Source: Azolla caroliniana (Eukaryota; Plantae; Polypodiophyta). From it: 64,000 nt of DNA. The position numbers and the translations under genes are program-made. The notes beneath the pieces are model-generated. The model had not been told where the DNA came from. It did no database searches and worked only from the letters and a program-made list of their open reading frames with translations. The stretch lies in assembly GCA_043228905.1 (NCBI GenBank), contig JBHGNT010000012.1, positions 21,018,001 to 21,082,000 on the forward strand, given 5' to 3'. How positions within the stretch are numbered: the stretch's first letter is position 1; the number at the start of each line of letters is the position of its first letter. Below are positions 36,790 through 49,139 of this stretch, piece after piece.

Positions 36790-39700
36790 ATGATCAAGCG
36801 TTCTTTGTGTCACACATCTGAGCCATCTTTGCCTTCCGTCGGTATGTCTTCTCCTTCCCTCGGTATGTCTTCAAAACTATTTTTTAAGCTTTAATATTTA
36901 TTGTTTATCCTTTCAAATGGAAACTTTAAGATTTATTTATGCTGAAAAGATAATGTCTTCATCATCAACATGATTATTATTGTCATTATCATCTCCATCT
37001 ACTTGTTCATTGTTACCATATTACGTTGAGCATATTGTTATTTGTATTATTTCCTGATCTTAATAGAATGATAATCTTCTGCCAATGATGTTAGGCACAT
37101 GTGGATAACACCTAAAACTTGACTTTTATATTAGCCTATTGGTATGGTTTTCTTTCTTAGTATTATATTGTTTTGTTAAAGGAATATATGTGTGTGGTAT
37201 TATCGTACATGTTTATTCGAAAACTGGTTGATGTGGTTTGCATTGACGTATTAAGTACGTTTATTCTACGATGTATTAAGCATTTATTTTGATTAATTAA
37301 GTACTAAAATAACAAGAAATTAGGTGCTGGAATACATGAGAGTGACAATGGTAGATGTCAAGGAGAGTGAGTTGTCATGTAGCAATTCTATGTCTGAGAG
37401 GAGCAAGAGACGGGTGGTTCTTCACATAGTTAGTTATTTACTAGAAGTAATTGAGAGATTTACCAAGGAAGATCGTAGGGATATTATCTCTAGAGTGTTA
37501 CACCATCAGCTTTTGAATGAGTGCATGGAGAATATTAAGTTTAGGGACCAATGTGTTTTAGAGGATATTGTAGAGTCTATGAAGTCATCGCTACACTTAG
37601 TGAAAGGGGTAGAGAGCATAGATAAGCTTGGTGCAAAGAGAGCAACCCTTCACATGGTTATAAATGGTACAAGAAAAAAATAAATAGTGATACTAAAGTT
37701 GCCTTAGCCCTTGGTATTCAAAGAAGAAACTTGAGGAATCATCTAACAAATATACAATCAAATCAATTTAAGTGGTTGGGGTTAGGCCGTAGACGACGAT
37801 GTGATGCCTTGTCTCATGAGATTATTGAAAAAAGTGGATTCCTTTTGGACAAAAAACACTCGTGTCTCACCAAATAAAAAAGATGTATGTAGACAACATA
37901 TAAGTCGGGGTAGGTACCGGATTCACCCTAGATACTTCTTGGAGATGACTGAGGTAATTCTTTTGTTTTTATCTATTTGTTTCTAAATATTTTTTTTACT
38001 AAAGGATTCTATTACCGTTTGTTATTTATTGAGTGATGTAGGCAGAATTGTTCATGAACTTCAAAGACCAACATCCTAACATCAATCTTGGATTTCGCAA
38101 GTTCCAAGGTTTGAAATCGTTTTTTGTTAGAAAGTTAAAAGAGAGGAACACATGTTGTTGTGTGTACCACATTAAAATGGACATGCTAAGGCTTGGCCTG
38201 AACACTATGCATACTGATTCTAAGGGTTTACACGGGGATGGGTGTGTTTGCACTTGTGAGGTATGTAGACCAAATGGGAATGATAATAGATGTAATGTGC
38301 GAAACATGACTTATGCATCGGTTTCTGAGTTATGGAGGTCTTTTGTTTGTGAAAAACAACCATCATCTGAGTGGCATAATCGTACATGTCTTCTAAGAAC
38401 ATGTAAAGTTTGCCCACAACCACCATTTTGTAGACAAGAGGTTGATGTAGATAACTGTCATATTGTGAAATGGAAATATTTAGAGTATGTGACAGAAAAT
38501 ATAGGTAAGTGTCTTGTTAGTAAGCGTATCAAGGAAGTATATAAGGAGACATGTGCTGCTACCCTTGCCTCCGAGTTTAAGAACCAACTCGAGGAGTTCA
38601 TTCCACATAACTTTAGGAGTTATTGGCAAAATTCACAGTTCAAGGAATGTATAAATAACTTACCACCAGATGTTATAGTATATGTTATTGACTTTGCAGA
38701 GAACTATACATTTAAAGTTCAAAATGAGGTTCAATCAATGCATTGGTACAATGACCAATGTACAATACTTGTACATATTTGCTATTGGAGAAAAGACGGT
38801 GAGTTACATAAGAAATCAATATTCTACATTTCAGATGATAAAAAGCATGATACACAATTTGTTCAACATTGTTTTAAGCTTCATCATGTAGATTTATTAT
38901 CCTTGGGTGTTAACTTTAATTGGCATTGGGTTTGGTCTGATGGTGCTGCCTCGCAATTTAAGGCGGCCTGATCCTTCTACTTCATTGCAAGGTGAGGAAA
39001 TAATTCATATGTTTGGTACTTATAAATGGAAGTCTATTTTGGTAATACTCCATAGTACTTATAAATGTTTGTATAAAATACTGAATTAGTAATTCTCTAG
39101 CTACATGCACCAGTACTGTCTTGGAATGTGAATATGAACTGATTGACCATTTAGTTCTCTCCTCCTAGATTCACTAGTATTGATTATGGTAATAACCATG
39201 TTAAGTAAACTTAACTTACAGGTTAGTACTGTCGTCCTACGTGTACAAGTACTAATTAAGGTTGAGGCCTTGTAATGTATCTGTAATTTACCACATAGTA
39301 TTGTCCCCAAAGGTGCACATGCACAAGTACTGTCAATGGTTTACAACTAAGTACTCAAATCCCACATGCACAAGTACTAATTTATAACTTAGGATTGTAT
39401 TCCTTCATTGGCATGAGTACTAATTTATATCTCAACACTGCCCTCTCTTGTGCATTAGTACTAATGAATAACTTAGTACTATCCTCTTTCGTTCATTAGT
39501 ACTAATTTATAACTTTGGACTGCCATCTGGCAAGCACGAGCACTAATTAATACTTACATTGCCCCCTCTCAGTAATGTTTGTACTAATTCATAACGTAGC
39601 TGTATTCAACTTTGTTCGTTAGTACTAATTTATAACTTAGGATTGTTCTCTCTCATTAATACTAATTATTAACTTAGTACTATCCAACCTTGTTCATTAG

Positions 39701-40745
39701 TACTAATTATTAACTTAGTTCTGTCCAACTTATAACTTAGGACTGTCCTCTGTCATGCATTAGTACTAATTAATAACTTAGTACTCTCCAACTTTGTTCA
39801 TTAAGACCAACTTATAACTTAGGACTGTCCTCTATCATGCATTAGTACTAATTAATAATTTAGTACTCTCCAACTTTGTTCATTACGACCAACTTATAAC
39901 TTATGGCCGTTCTCTCTCATGCATTAGTATTGATTAGTAACTTACCACTCCACTCTCTCGTCTGTTAGTACTAATTTCCAACTTAGTACTATCCTTTCTC
40001 GTGCATTAGTACTAATTAATAACTTACCACTTCACTCTCTCGCCTATTAGTACTAATCTCCAACTTAGTACTATCCTCTCTCGTGCATTAGTACTAATCA
40101 ATAACTTAGTACTATCATCTCTTATTCATTTATACTGATTCAAATATTAGTATTGTTCACTCATGCATAAGTAGTAATTATGGTTTAAGTCATGCAATTA
40201 ATTATGTTTGTTGGCTAACTGTCATGCAAAACACCCAGATACTTCTCATTGACAAACATTAGGATGCAATGGAACTACTTCGGGTCTGGACATGGAAAGG
40301 GAGAGCACGATGGTGCAGGGGCTGTGATCAAGCGTGCTCTTACATCGGAGCAGTTGGATAATAAAGGTGCTAAGCTACAAAATGCACATGATGTTGTGGA
40401 GTGGCTCACATGGAAGATGTCAAATGATGGTAAGAATGGATTGTTTATTGAGGTCCATGCTAATGAGGTGGATAGGAGTAAATCATACGGTTGTAAAACC
40501 GTGAAAGGGACGCGCAAGACCCATTATGTTTTATGGTTTAGTTGCAAGGACACAACACAATTGTTATTCCGTAGTTTATCATGCTTTTGTTCCACGTGTT
40601 TAGATGAAGCTTGGGATGAATGCACCAATCTATCAATTGTGGAGCCATGGAAGCTACAGAGGCTAGAGATAGAACACAATGTGAATATCCAAGAAAACGA
40701 ACATTCAGACAATATTGTATACTACAACCAGTGTGAGGACTTGGC
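36790..40745 (+). mobile_element. Spliced DDE/D DNA-transposase pseudogene (DFAENY / SDGAASQFK / HGKGEHDG family, Sola2-like)
   Basis: Exons at about 37324-37953, 38042-38991 and 40239-40745. Cys-rich motifs (CCCVYH, CxxxxCxxC, SCFCSTC) and three acidic motifs DFAENY, WSDGAASQFK, GHGKGEHDGAG. TGA at 38969 (probably from CGA) and frameshifts in the 5' part. The superfamily assignment comes from motif recall. Confidence 0.75.
39373..40175. repeat. 41-bp palindromic minisatellite (about 20 units) in a transposase intron
   Basis: AGTACTAA-type unit starts at 39416, 39457, 39498, 39539, 39580, 39621, then 39762, 39803, 39844, 39885, 39926, 39967, 40008, 40049, 40090. Consensus AGTACTAATTAATAACTTAGTACTATCCTCTCTCGTGCATT. 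Confidence 0.93.
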
Positions 40746-41988
40746 AAATGAAGCCATTTGGCTTCGGCGACTGCTACAAGACTTATGGATTGAGGTACCG
40801 ACCCCGATTCTGGTCTACTGCGACAACATAAGCAGCATGCAGCTTGCCAAGAACCCTGTGTTCCATGCTCGCACGAAGCACATAGAAGTGCATTATCACT
40901 TTGTGCGTGAGTGGGTCCTGAGCGATGAAGTTGAACTACGGTATGTTCACACGGATCGGCAAGTTGCCGACATCTTCACCAAGCCGCTCGGATCGGACAA
41001 GTTGCATCACTTTACCAACATGGTTGGTGTTCAACATCTCGACGTGCTACACTTGAGGGGGAGAACGGGCAGAGACACCAAAACGGGCAAAGGCAAAGAG
41101 ACTGCCGATTGCACCGGTGAGGGAAGAACAGAAGGCGGCAGAGTCAAGAAGGATAGAGCCGACCGAAGGAAGAAGGCCAAGACCCGGACATGGTCCAATG
41201 TGGTAATGGGCTTGGAACTAGAAGATGAATCAGGAGCAACCGATTCGAACAAGAGCTGGAACGAATCGGAGACAATCGATTCGGTTCAAAAGACAGATTC
41301 AGAATAACTAGATCAATTCAAGGCCAAGTAGACACGGATGCAGCAGAAGTCGATGCCATCGCGGAGGAACCAACAGATCGATAAGCGTCGGAGTCATAGC
41401 AACGAAGGAGCTGAGAGGGGCCTATTGAGCAGACATATCAACCGAGAAGGTCGAGGCGCGCAGAACAAGAGGGGACCGGACGAGGAGCGCGAGCAAGGCG
41501 AAGCGACGCGAGGAGAAGTCGGTTGGAAGAACCGACTGCCACAGAGACTGACACTAAGATCCAACCTCAAGTTGAGCTTGAGGGGGAGTGTTGAGCGGCA
41601 AGCTCACCTAGAGCCGGATCAGCTGAATAAGCCTGAGCCAGCAAGCGAGACGGATCGGTAAGCTGTGAGCAACCGAGCCGACAAGCAACAGAGCTGGTGA
41701 GCTGGGGAGCCGGTTAGCCGGATCCAATCAGTAACCGAAAGCCTAGTATTAGTGTAGACTACTAGGAAATTATAGTCTCGTAGTAAGTGTCAGATGCTCG
41801 TGTGAGCATTGAAGTACGCGGTACTTTTGTCAGTCCCACGAGGACTTGTATAAATAATGCTATTGAGCATAGTTGTATGTACAGAGTGTTTTTATCGTTT
41901 TTGAATATAGCCTTGAAGTTCTACTCTCTCTGTCTCTCCCGTGTACTCTGTGTATTCCCTACCTTCTCTATTTTCTAACGCTTCCACA
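40746..41988 (+). mobile_element. Ty1/Copia 3' end: RNase H, PPT and 3' LTR (41589 to about 41988)
   Basis: EAIWLRRLL...YCDN.S...KNPVFHARTKHIEVHYHFVRE...QVADIFTKPL. PPT TTGAGGGGGAG is followed by TGTTGAGCGGCAAGCTCA, which is related to the LTR at 48779. Confidence 0.92.
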
Positions 41989-41989
41989 A

Positions 41990-43000
41990 GTAATCGGTTA
42001 CAATAGTCGACTAAGAATAGTGGTGGTGCAGCCAACTTGCTCACCCGATATCGTCTAGTCAGATTTGGACACAAGTCGAATCGATTTCGACTATTGGCAG
42101 ATTTTGTTTGAAATGACTATAGTCAATCGACTTAGCCGAATTGGACTAGAATTTGTCGATTCAATTTCGAAGGTCGATTTTAAGGCGTAGACCACAGATT
42201 ATGTGCTGATTATCCAAGCTGATCCTGCTTCGGTTGACTGCAGCGATGAGAGGGATGGAGCCGGTTGGTCCTCCTAAATGTCGTTCAGCCGAGTGAAGCA
42301 TGGATTGGGGTTGTTCCCTGGATTTCAAGCTACTACGAGTGAGTAAATAGCGTCGATTGACCTATTTGATTGTCATCTAATCTGATGTAACACGATTGAG
42401 GCAGAGCCTTCAAAACAAAACCGTACTCCGAGTGGCTACAATCACAAGGGTAAAGTACAACCAACTGTTTACTTTAATGGTGATTTAGAACAATGAAGTG
42501 CAGGTTTTGCAGGTGTCTCTCTTTCACAAAAATGATCTTGTAGAGAGTTTCCAACCGAGATCTTGTAGGTGTACAGAGGAAGAGTTGCTGATGGGACTAA
42601 GTAGATGGCGACAACATAATCAGAAACACCAGGCTCTGATACTAGATGTTGAGATCGCGGCTGTCTAGTGCGGAACAATCTCAACAACCTTCTAGTGAAA
42701 GATCATTAGTAGGTACAAGTCGAATCGACCTTAATTATTATAAGCAACTAAAGCATGTAACAAGATCAACATGAATGCAAGAAGGAGAGCGCAGAAAGTT
42801 AGGCACAAGATAAACTTTATTACTCAAGCTCAACGGCTCAATGTACAAAATGAACTACTACACTTCTAGGTTACAAAGTCAGTTTACATACTAACTAGCT
42901 TAGGGCAACTTCCCTTCTTGGTATTTAAAAAGATGGCCTAAACCTAGTGTGCACAAATAGGACAATGTGAATACGTCCATTAGAGACCCGCATTCGACAA
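41990..43000 (-). mobile_element. LTR-retrotransposon 5' remnant (PBS plus LTR), minus strand
   Basis: Reverse tRNA-iMet PBS GCTCTGATACTA (42633-42644) next to TGTTGAG at 42647. Outer limits are approximate. Confidence 0.55.
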
Positions 43001-43499
43001 GGAGCGGTCACAAGAGAGAGATGCATATTGGAGTTGAGAGGTCTCAGTCGGAGATATCGCTCCAATTGTGTTCAAAACTTGGTCCATGATGCAAGTTGTG
43101 TGTACGCAATATAAAGGAGGTTCAGAAAATACACAAGAAAAATGAATGCTTGAAATTATTATTGGAAGAACTTTATCCAAGAAAGCATCTCATGTCTTTA
43201 CCCCTCTAGACATATGAGATGTGATTTGAGATCCTGATAACTATTGTAACACTGTGGTGTTTTAAAAACCATGGGGGAAAACATAGTTAAGATGTCTTTC
43301 ACATATCTCTATCTTGAATAATCATGGAGGCTCCCAGAGGCTTAACCATGGTTCTAGCATCAACATAATTTCCTAGGTATCCTTATATTAAAATGTCAAA
43401 CCAACATGTATTGATATGGTCAAGAAAGTGTATTTCACGCAAAAATAAAGTGCGCTCGCAAGTAATATGCTAGTCTTGCGAGTAAGAGGCAAATGAATG

Positions 43500-45100
43500 A
43501 AAAAAGAGATAAAAATAAGTCACTAAATAAAAGAGTCAAGAAGTGACGAAAACAAGGTTAAAAAAACCATATGTTACCTACTAAAAAAAGTGCCACAAAT
43601 AAATGGATGGTGCGAGGTATGCACATATCCATCCCAATATGGTGATTGTAATTTGCACAATTGTGACATAAGCCACAAATTGATACAAATGGTGGTGGTG
43701 TTGTGTGCAAAGATGTACTCAAATTAATGAGTAAAACATCAATAGGGGAACTCATGTAGCATGAGTTAAACGTAGAGAACACTTTGGAAACAATGTTCAA
43801 AAAGTAGCATGATGCCCACTCAATATGAAAAAATAGTCTACATGAATCATTACACCATTAAACGTACATAAGTAGTGTAGATGAACATAAAAATAAGGGT
43901 AAGAAAGAGAGTTAATTGTGGGTGGGTAAATGACAATTACAAGAAAATCATCACAAAATGAAAAGATCATTTGTATAGTTAGAAAATACTTAGGATAATA
44001 ATAAAATAGATGTATGTATCATTAAGTGTGCCTTAAGGTAAGAAACCCTAGGGTAGTCGACATGCACCTCATCAAGATGACCACATCCCATATAATCGTC
44101 CAAGAAATGGCTCAATAGAGACTAGTCTAGTGGCATCGGAAATCGACATACACCTCATCAAGACCACAACTTCCCATAGAATAGCCAAAAGATGGTTGAA
44201 TAGAGGAAAGAGTGGCATACACAACATCATATACAAAAGGGCCATTAGGTGACCATGTGCAATTAGTGCAAACACGCTCAACCCGATGCACAAGATTAAT
44301 TATTATCGTAAGAGATGGTGACCCAAAAGGGCCATTAGGGGAGAGTGGGATAGACAACGTAATATGCAAAAGGGCCATGAGTTGAGCGTGTGTGATTAGT
44401 GCAAACACGCTCGACCCGATGCACAATAATAGTTGAAATTGTATCATGGTGGAAAGAAGACAGAAAAGAAAAGAAAACGTAATACAATTTCCATGCGACC
44501 AAGAATAATGCATCATAGAAAAGAAGAGAGATTGAGAAAGAAGAATATCGGATTTAGAATGTTGTTTTGATCCTGAGAAGAGCATGGCGAGCCTTGTTAG
44601 ATCCCCATCGCTCACATGCAAAAAACATCAAAACAACAAAAAAACATTGTTAGTAAATGCTCTGATACCACTGTTAAGAGTCTATTACTAATCAATAGAC
44701 CAAAATAAAGTAAAAAGAAGGAAAATAGATTGGATAAAAGAACCCGTTCCACCCAACCACCCTCGAGCTATGATCTAGACATAGCCAACCTACCACCAAC
44801 GTCCCATATTGCCGGATATTATGACGAAAGACTAGCCCACATCACTTGTGTCTAAGAGAGTAGCCTTCCGACGTAATGAGCTTATGAGGGTAGCTAAGCC
44901 TCATATTTATACCTCTTCCTAGGCCCCTTGAATAGATGTGCCTTTTTAAAAGGCTCTCCATTTATTGGTTGTCCAAATCATGATAGTGAATGCACCTATC
45001 ATTCCTTCTATCCAATCACATTAGTCCCCTTTTTAACATTAGTGAACATACCCTTCACTTATGTAAATATTAGTGACCTACCATTACCTACGTCATGTGT
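43500..45100 (-). mobile_element. LTR-retrotransposon 5' remnant (PBS plus LTR), minus strand
   Basis: Perfect reverse tRNA-iMet PBS GCTCTGATACCA (44659-44670) next to TGTTAAG at 44672. Short internal repeats at 44040-44425. Limits are approximate. Confidence 0.6.
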
Positions 45101-47228
45101 ACATAACAGATTACCTCAATCAGGATCTTCTTGTGTATATAGTATTTGCCCATCATATGTTGCACTTTTTTACTACATATGCTTCTCCCCCACCATCAAC
45201 ATGGATTGCAAGACCAAAAATCTCGCGGGGCTCTCCTTTGTTGTTATGACATTCCAAAATGTGTCATATGTATGTGAAAGGTTGTTGTGGTAAATATACA
45301 CCACCATCTCATCGTGATCTTTGTCAACTACAATGTTGATGGAACCATGTGAATTGCATTGTAAGTCTTAAATCCTGAGGGTCTTGTCTGTCACAGACAT
45401 ATCCCTCTGCCAAATGTTGTTTTAACTATTGCCAAAATTGAAGCAATGATGTTGATGGAGCCAAGTGAATTGCACTACAAGTCTTTAATCCTAAGGGTAT
45501 TGTGTGTCATTGACATATCGCTAGTAGGTTAAATATTGTTTAACTATTGCTAGAATTGAAGTTTTTAGGTCGTGGTCGAAGCCATAAAATCTTCTTCAAG
45601 TTTTCCCCTACTTCCTTCATTGCCTTTCAATCTTGAATACAACTTAACGTGTGATCTTGCACACATGTTTCCAAGTAGTACATTACCTCACTGGCACCTT
45701 ATTGCCACATGGATTGTTCTAGGTTTATGAGGTCAGGGCTATTTTTTTGAGTAGCCTCGATATAACTATGATAACCTTGCCTGACCATGTACTAGTGCAT
45801 CTTGTACTCCCATGATGTGTAGTTGTGTTTGTTTGACTTCTTTGTTGGAAACATTCTACCCATTAGTGTATTCATCTTGCTAATTTAGCTTGATTTTTAA
45901 GCTCCTCTCGACACACATGTCTAGTTGTGTAACAACATTGCAACAACAATAGTTAGTAGGTAGAGCTTAGTGGAGGATCTCCAACCCGCACACTTTGGTA
46001 CTATGTAAAGAGTTGAGGTGTGCAAAAACATAGTGCATGTGTGCTAGTGCATGTATGAGCAAGAGAAGGAATTAGAGAAGAGAACCAAAAATAATAGAAT
46101 ACACATGAGCGGGGATGAGAACGTACGCATTGAAGAGAAAACTACATTAATCATTAAAAAATCATCAACAAAACACAATGGGCTAAGTGGGTTTTATATA
46201 CAAATACCCAAGGGACTACCACATTAAATGTGTTGGTGAAGTCTACTCATAGACATCCACTCGAGTATGATTCTATCATAAGAATATCTAATATTATTTT
46301 ACCACATTTATAATTCACAACTAACTAAATATCATAATATAGTTCGTCGTGTAACTAGATAATTCGCATGGATTACAACAATGTATGCTCATGCAACTTT
46401 TCACACATCGTGTTTTTCTCGATAAGCACATGTTCACATGACTTGAGCTTGATCCTCAATGGGAACCTTTATTTGTGTCTCTAATTAGCCATTATCGTGC
46501 ATTCCTAGGCAATCTACCAGAATTTCATGTTATCCGACTAGTTGTGCATGAGTAAAATAGGGAAATGCATAGAGATATGTTTTTCTTAATATTTATATAT
46601 TCATGCAAATTCATTTTTTATATCAATCTAATTAAAATTTTTTATTTTTAGGGGTAGGTTTAACAAAGTATGCACTTTTAAGATAGATATTAGAAACATT
46701 TGGTTCGAGAGCTTACAAAAAGCTTGTGTATAATTTCAACTAATTACCTCTATCTTGGGCACCAACACCAAAAGATGTGTCACCTTGAGGTATGTCTCAT
46801 CAAGCACACATCTTCCCTTCAATCAGAGTTATTTCTGCTTACGAAAATCATATGTGGATGTTATGTCATTGTATACCCTTTCTTTGGGGAACATAAGAGA
46901 TTGGTTGACAAGCACCCTCGAGCTACTAACATTCCTATATTGTGATTCAATCAAACTCTCCCTCTTCTCTCTTATATAGTAATAATAATACCTAAGAAGC
47001 TAATCAATGCATCATTGGAACTTACAGTCAAACCTAATAGCGAACGACATGCAAAGTACACACATGAGAAAACCACATCTCAAATTAGTTAGAAGAAACC
47101 AGATAACACCTAAGAATATTAGTATTTGACTTGGAAAAAAGAATTGAACATTACTCTCATGAAAAGTGAGAGACTAAGTCTTACGGATGAAGAAGAAAAA
47201 CTTAAATGAACTTTATAGTCTTTTGCAA

Positions 47229-47890
47229 AGTGTTAGCCCTTTGACACTAATGTGGCCATAAGGCTTTAACTCTATCGCGATCCATATCGTGTCCTTTTCT
47301 CTTGTTCCTACACTTGCATCCTTAGTACTAATGGTGATATCCTCATTGGCAATGACACATACAAACAAGTACTCAACAAGCACAAGTTCTATCTGGCCTA
47401 GTAATATAGTGCTTTGGTGTCGGTGATAGTCTCATGTGTATGGGATGCACATATTAGGTTAATGTGGAGTCCATCATTGTCTTCTTTATTATTTTCTGTG
47501 ATTTCTTTCTCCCCACTTTCCATTCCCTGATTCTTGATCTCATTTTGTGTCATTGACCTTGATGTGCTACTTATTTCTAAACGAGCAACCTTTGACTCTT
47601 TTACGAAGTGTTAGCCCTTTCACACTAATGTGGCCACAAGGCTTTAACTCTCTAGTGATCTCTCATGTGTCCTCTTCTCTTGTTCCTACACTTGCATCCT
47701 TAGTACCAATGTTGATATCCTCATTAGCAGTGACACATATGAACAAGTACTTCACAAGCACAAGTTTTAATGGAACTTGTTGAGACACCAAACTTTCTAT
47801 CCCCGAGATCCTCTCATTCACCCTTTGATTGGGCCCAAGGATTCTCTTTTGCATTTGGCAAACAATATAGTGCTTTGGTTTTGGTGATGT
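47229..47890. repeat. Diverged direct repeat of about 200 bp (period about 378 bp)
   Basis: agtgttagcccttt.acactaatgtggcca.aaggctttaactct...cttgttcctacacttgcatccttagtac at 47229 and 47607. Confidence 0.85.
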
Positions 47891-48057
47891 TGTAACGAGA
47901 GACCGTTAGTGGTGAAACAAGCACAACATCATAGTCTTGACGATCACTGAGTTGAAGTGAAAACAGAAGAATCAAATGAATAGATCAACAAGAGAGAGGG
48001 AGACAAAGACACCAAGAGGCACGAATAGAGTAACTATATTATTCAAAAAGTTACGCT

Positions 48058-49107
48058 TCAAGAATGACAGTAGGAATCGACATCGAGATTGAGATTATGG
48101 TCGAGAGGGGTACACACAGGTTTGCACTCGGTCATTCCGAACTTGTAGAGTATGTTGAGAATGTAGTGTCGTTGAGAGATCATTATCCCGACTGGTGTCC
48201 GAATTACTTCGATACTGAGGAAGTAGTGGAGCTCATGCAGGTCTTTCATTTCGAACCTGCAGGATAGGAATGATTTGACCTTATTAATCCTGGCAAGATC
48301 CTTTCCTCCGATGATAAGATCATCCATGTATAGGATGGTGACAATTGGGTTGTTCGACTCATTTCGAATGTAGAGGGAGTTGTCCGATTTCGACATTCGA
48401 ATGCCAATTTGATGAAGATACTGAGTGATCTTCGAATGCCAAGCACGCGGTGCTTGCTTAAGGCCGTAGAGCGGCTTCTTGAGTCGGCATACTGCTTTCA
48501 GATGATTTTTTTATTCGAATCCGGGTAGTTGTACCATGCACACCTCCTCCTCTAATTCTCCTTGAAGAAAGGCGTTCTTTATGTCCATCTAGTGGAGATG
48601 CCATCCTTTCACCCTTGCAAGTGCAATTACGGTCCGCATAGTCGTCATCTTTGCCACCGGGGCAAAGGTCTCCTCATAATCAACTCTGTGCGTTTGTGCG
48701 TAGCCTTTTGCAATGAGTCGTGCTTTGAAGCGATTTACAGAGCCATCGACATTGTTTTTGACCTTATAGATCCATCTATGTTGAGCGGCAAGCTCAACCG
48801 GAGCTGGATCGGCTGAATAAGCCGGAGCCGGTAAGCGAGACCGATCGGGCGAAACGGATCGGTATGACGGTGAGCAACCGAACCGTCAAGCAGTGGAGGC
48901 CGGGTGCAATCCGTAACCGGAAGTCCAATCGGAAGCCTAGTATAGGATAGACTACTAGGTAGCTATAGTCTCGTAGTAAGTGTCAGATGCTCGTGTGAGC
49001 ATTGAAGTACATGGTACTTCTGTCAGTCCCAAGAGGACTTGTATAAATAGTGCTACTTAGCACAGTGTATGGACAGAGTCTGAAAATAATTTTGAAATTA
49101 CGTTCTG

Positions 49108-49139
<32 letters not shown>

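Noticed and set aside
39373-40175. CRISPR-like array (palindromic repeat plus variable spacer)
   Set aside because: The variable halves are homologous to each other, dimers recur, the repeats are degenerate and no cas genes are present. It is a minisatellite.
42647-42686. 40-bp mini-LTR (TGTTGAGAT...ATCTCAACA) next to a PBS
   Set aside because: LTR-like sequence continues beyond it and no second copy or TSD is visible, so it may be an internal inverted repeat.
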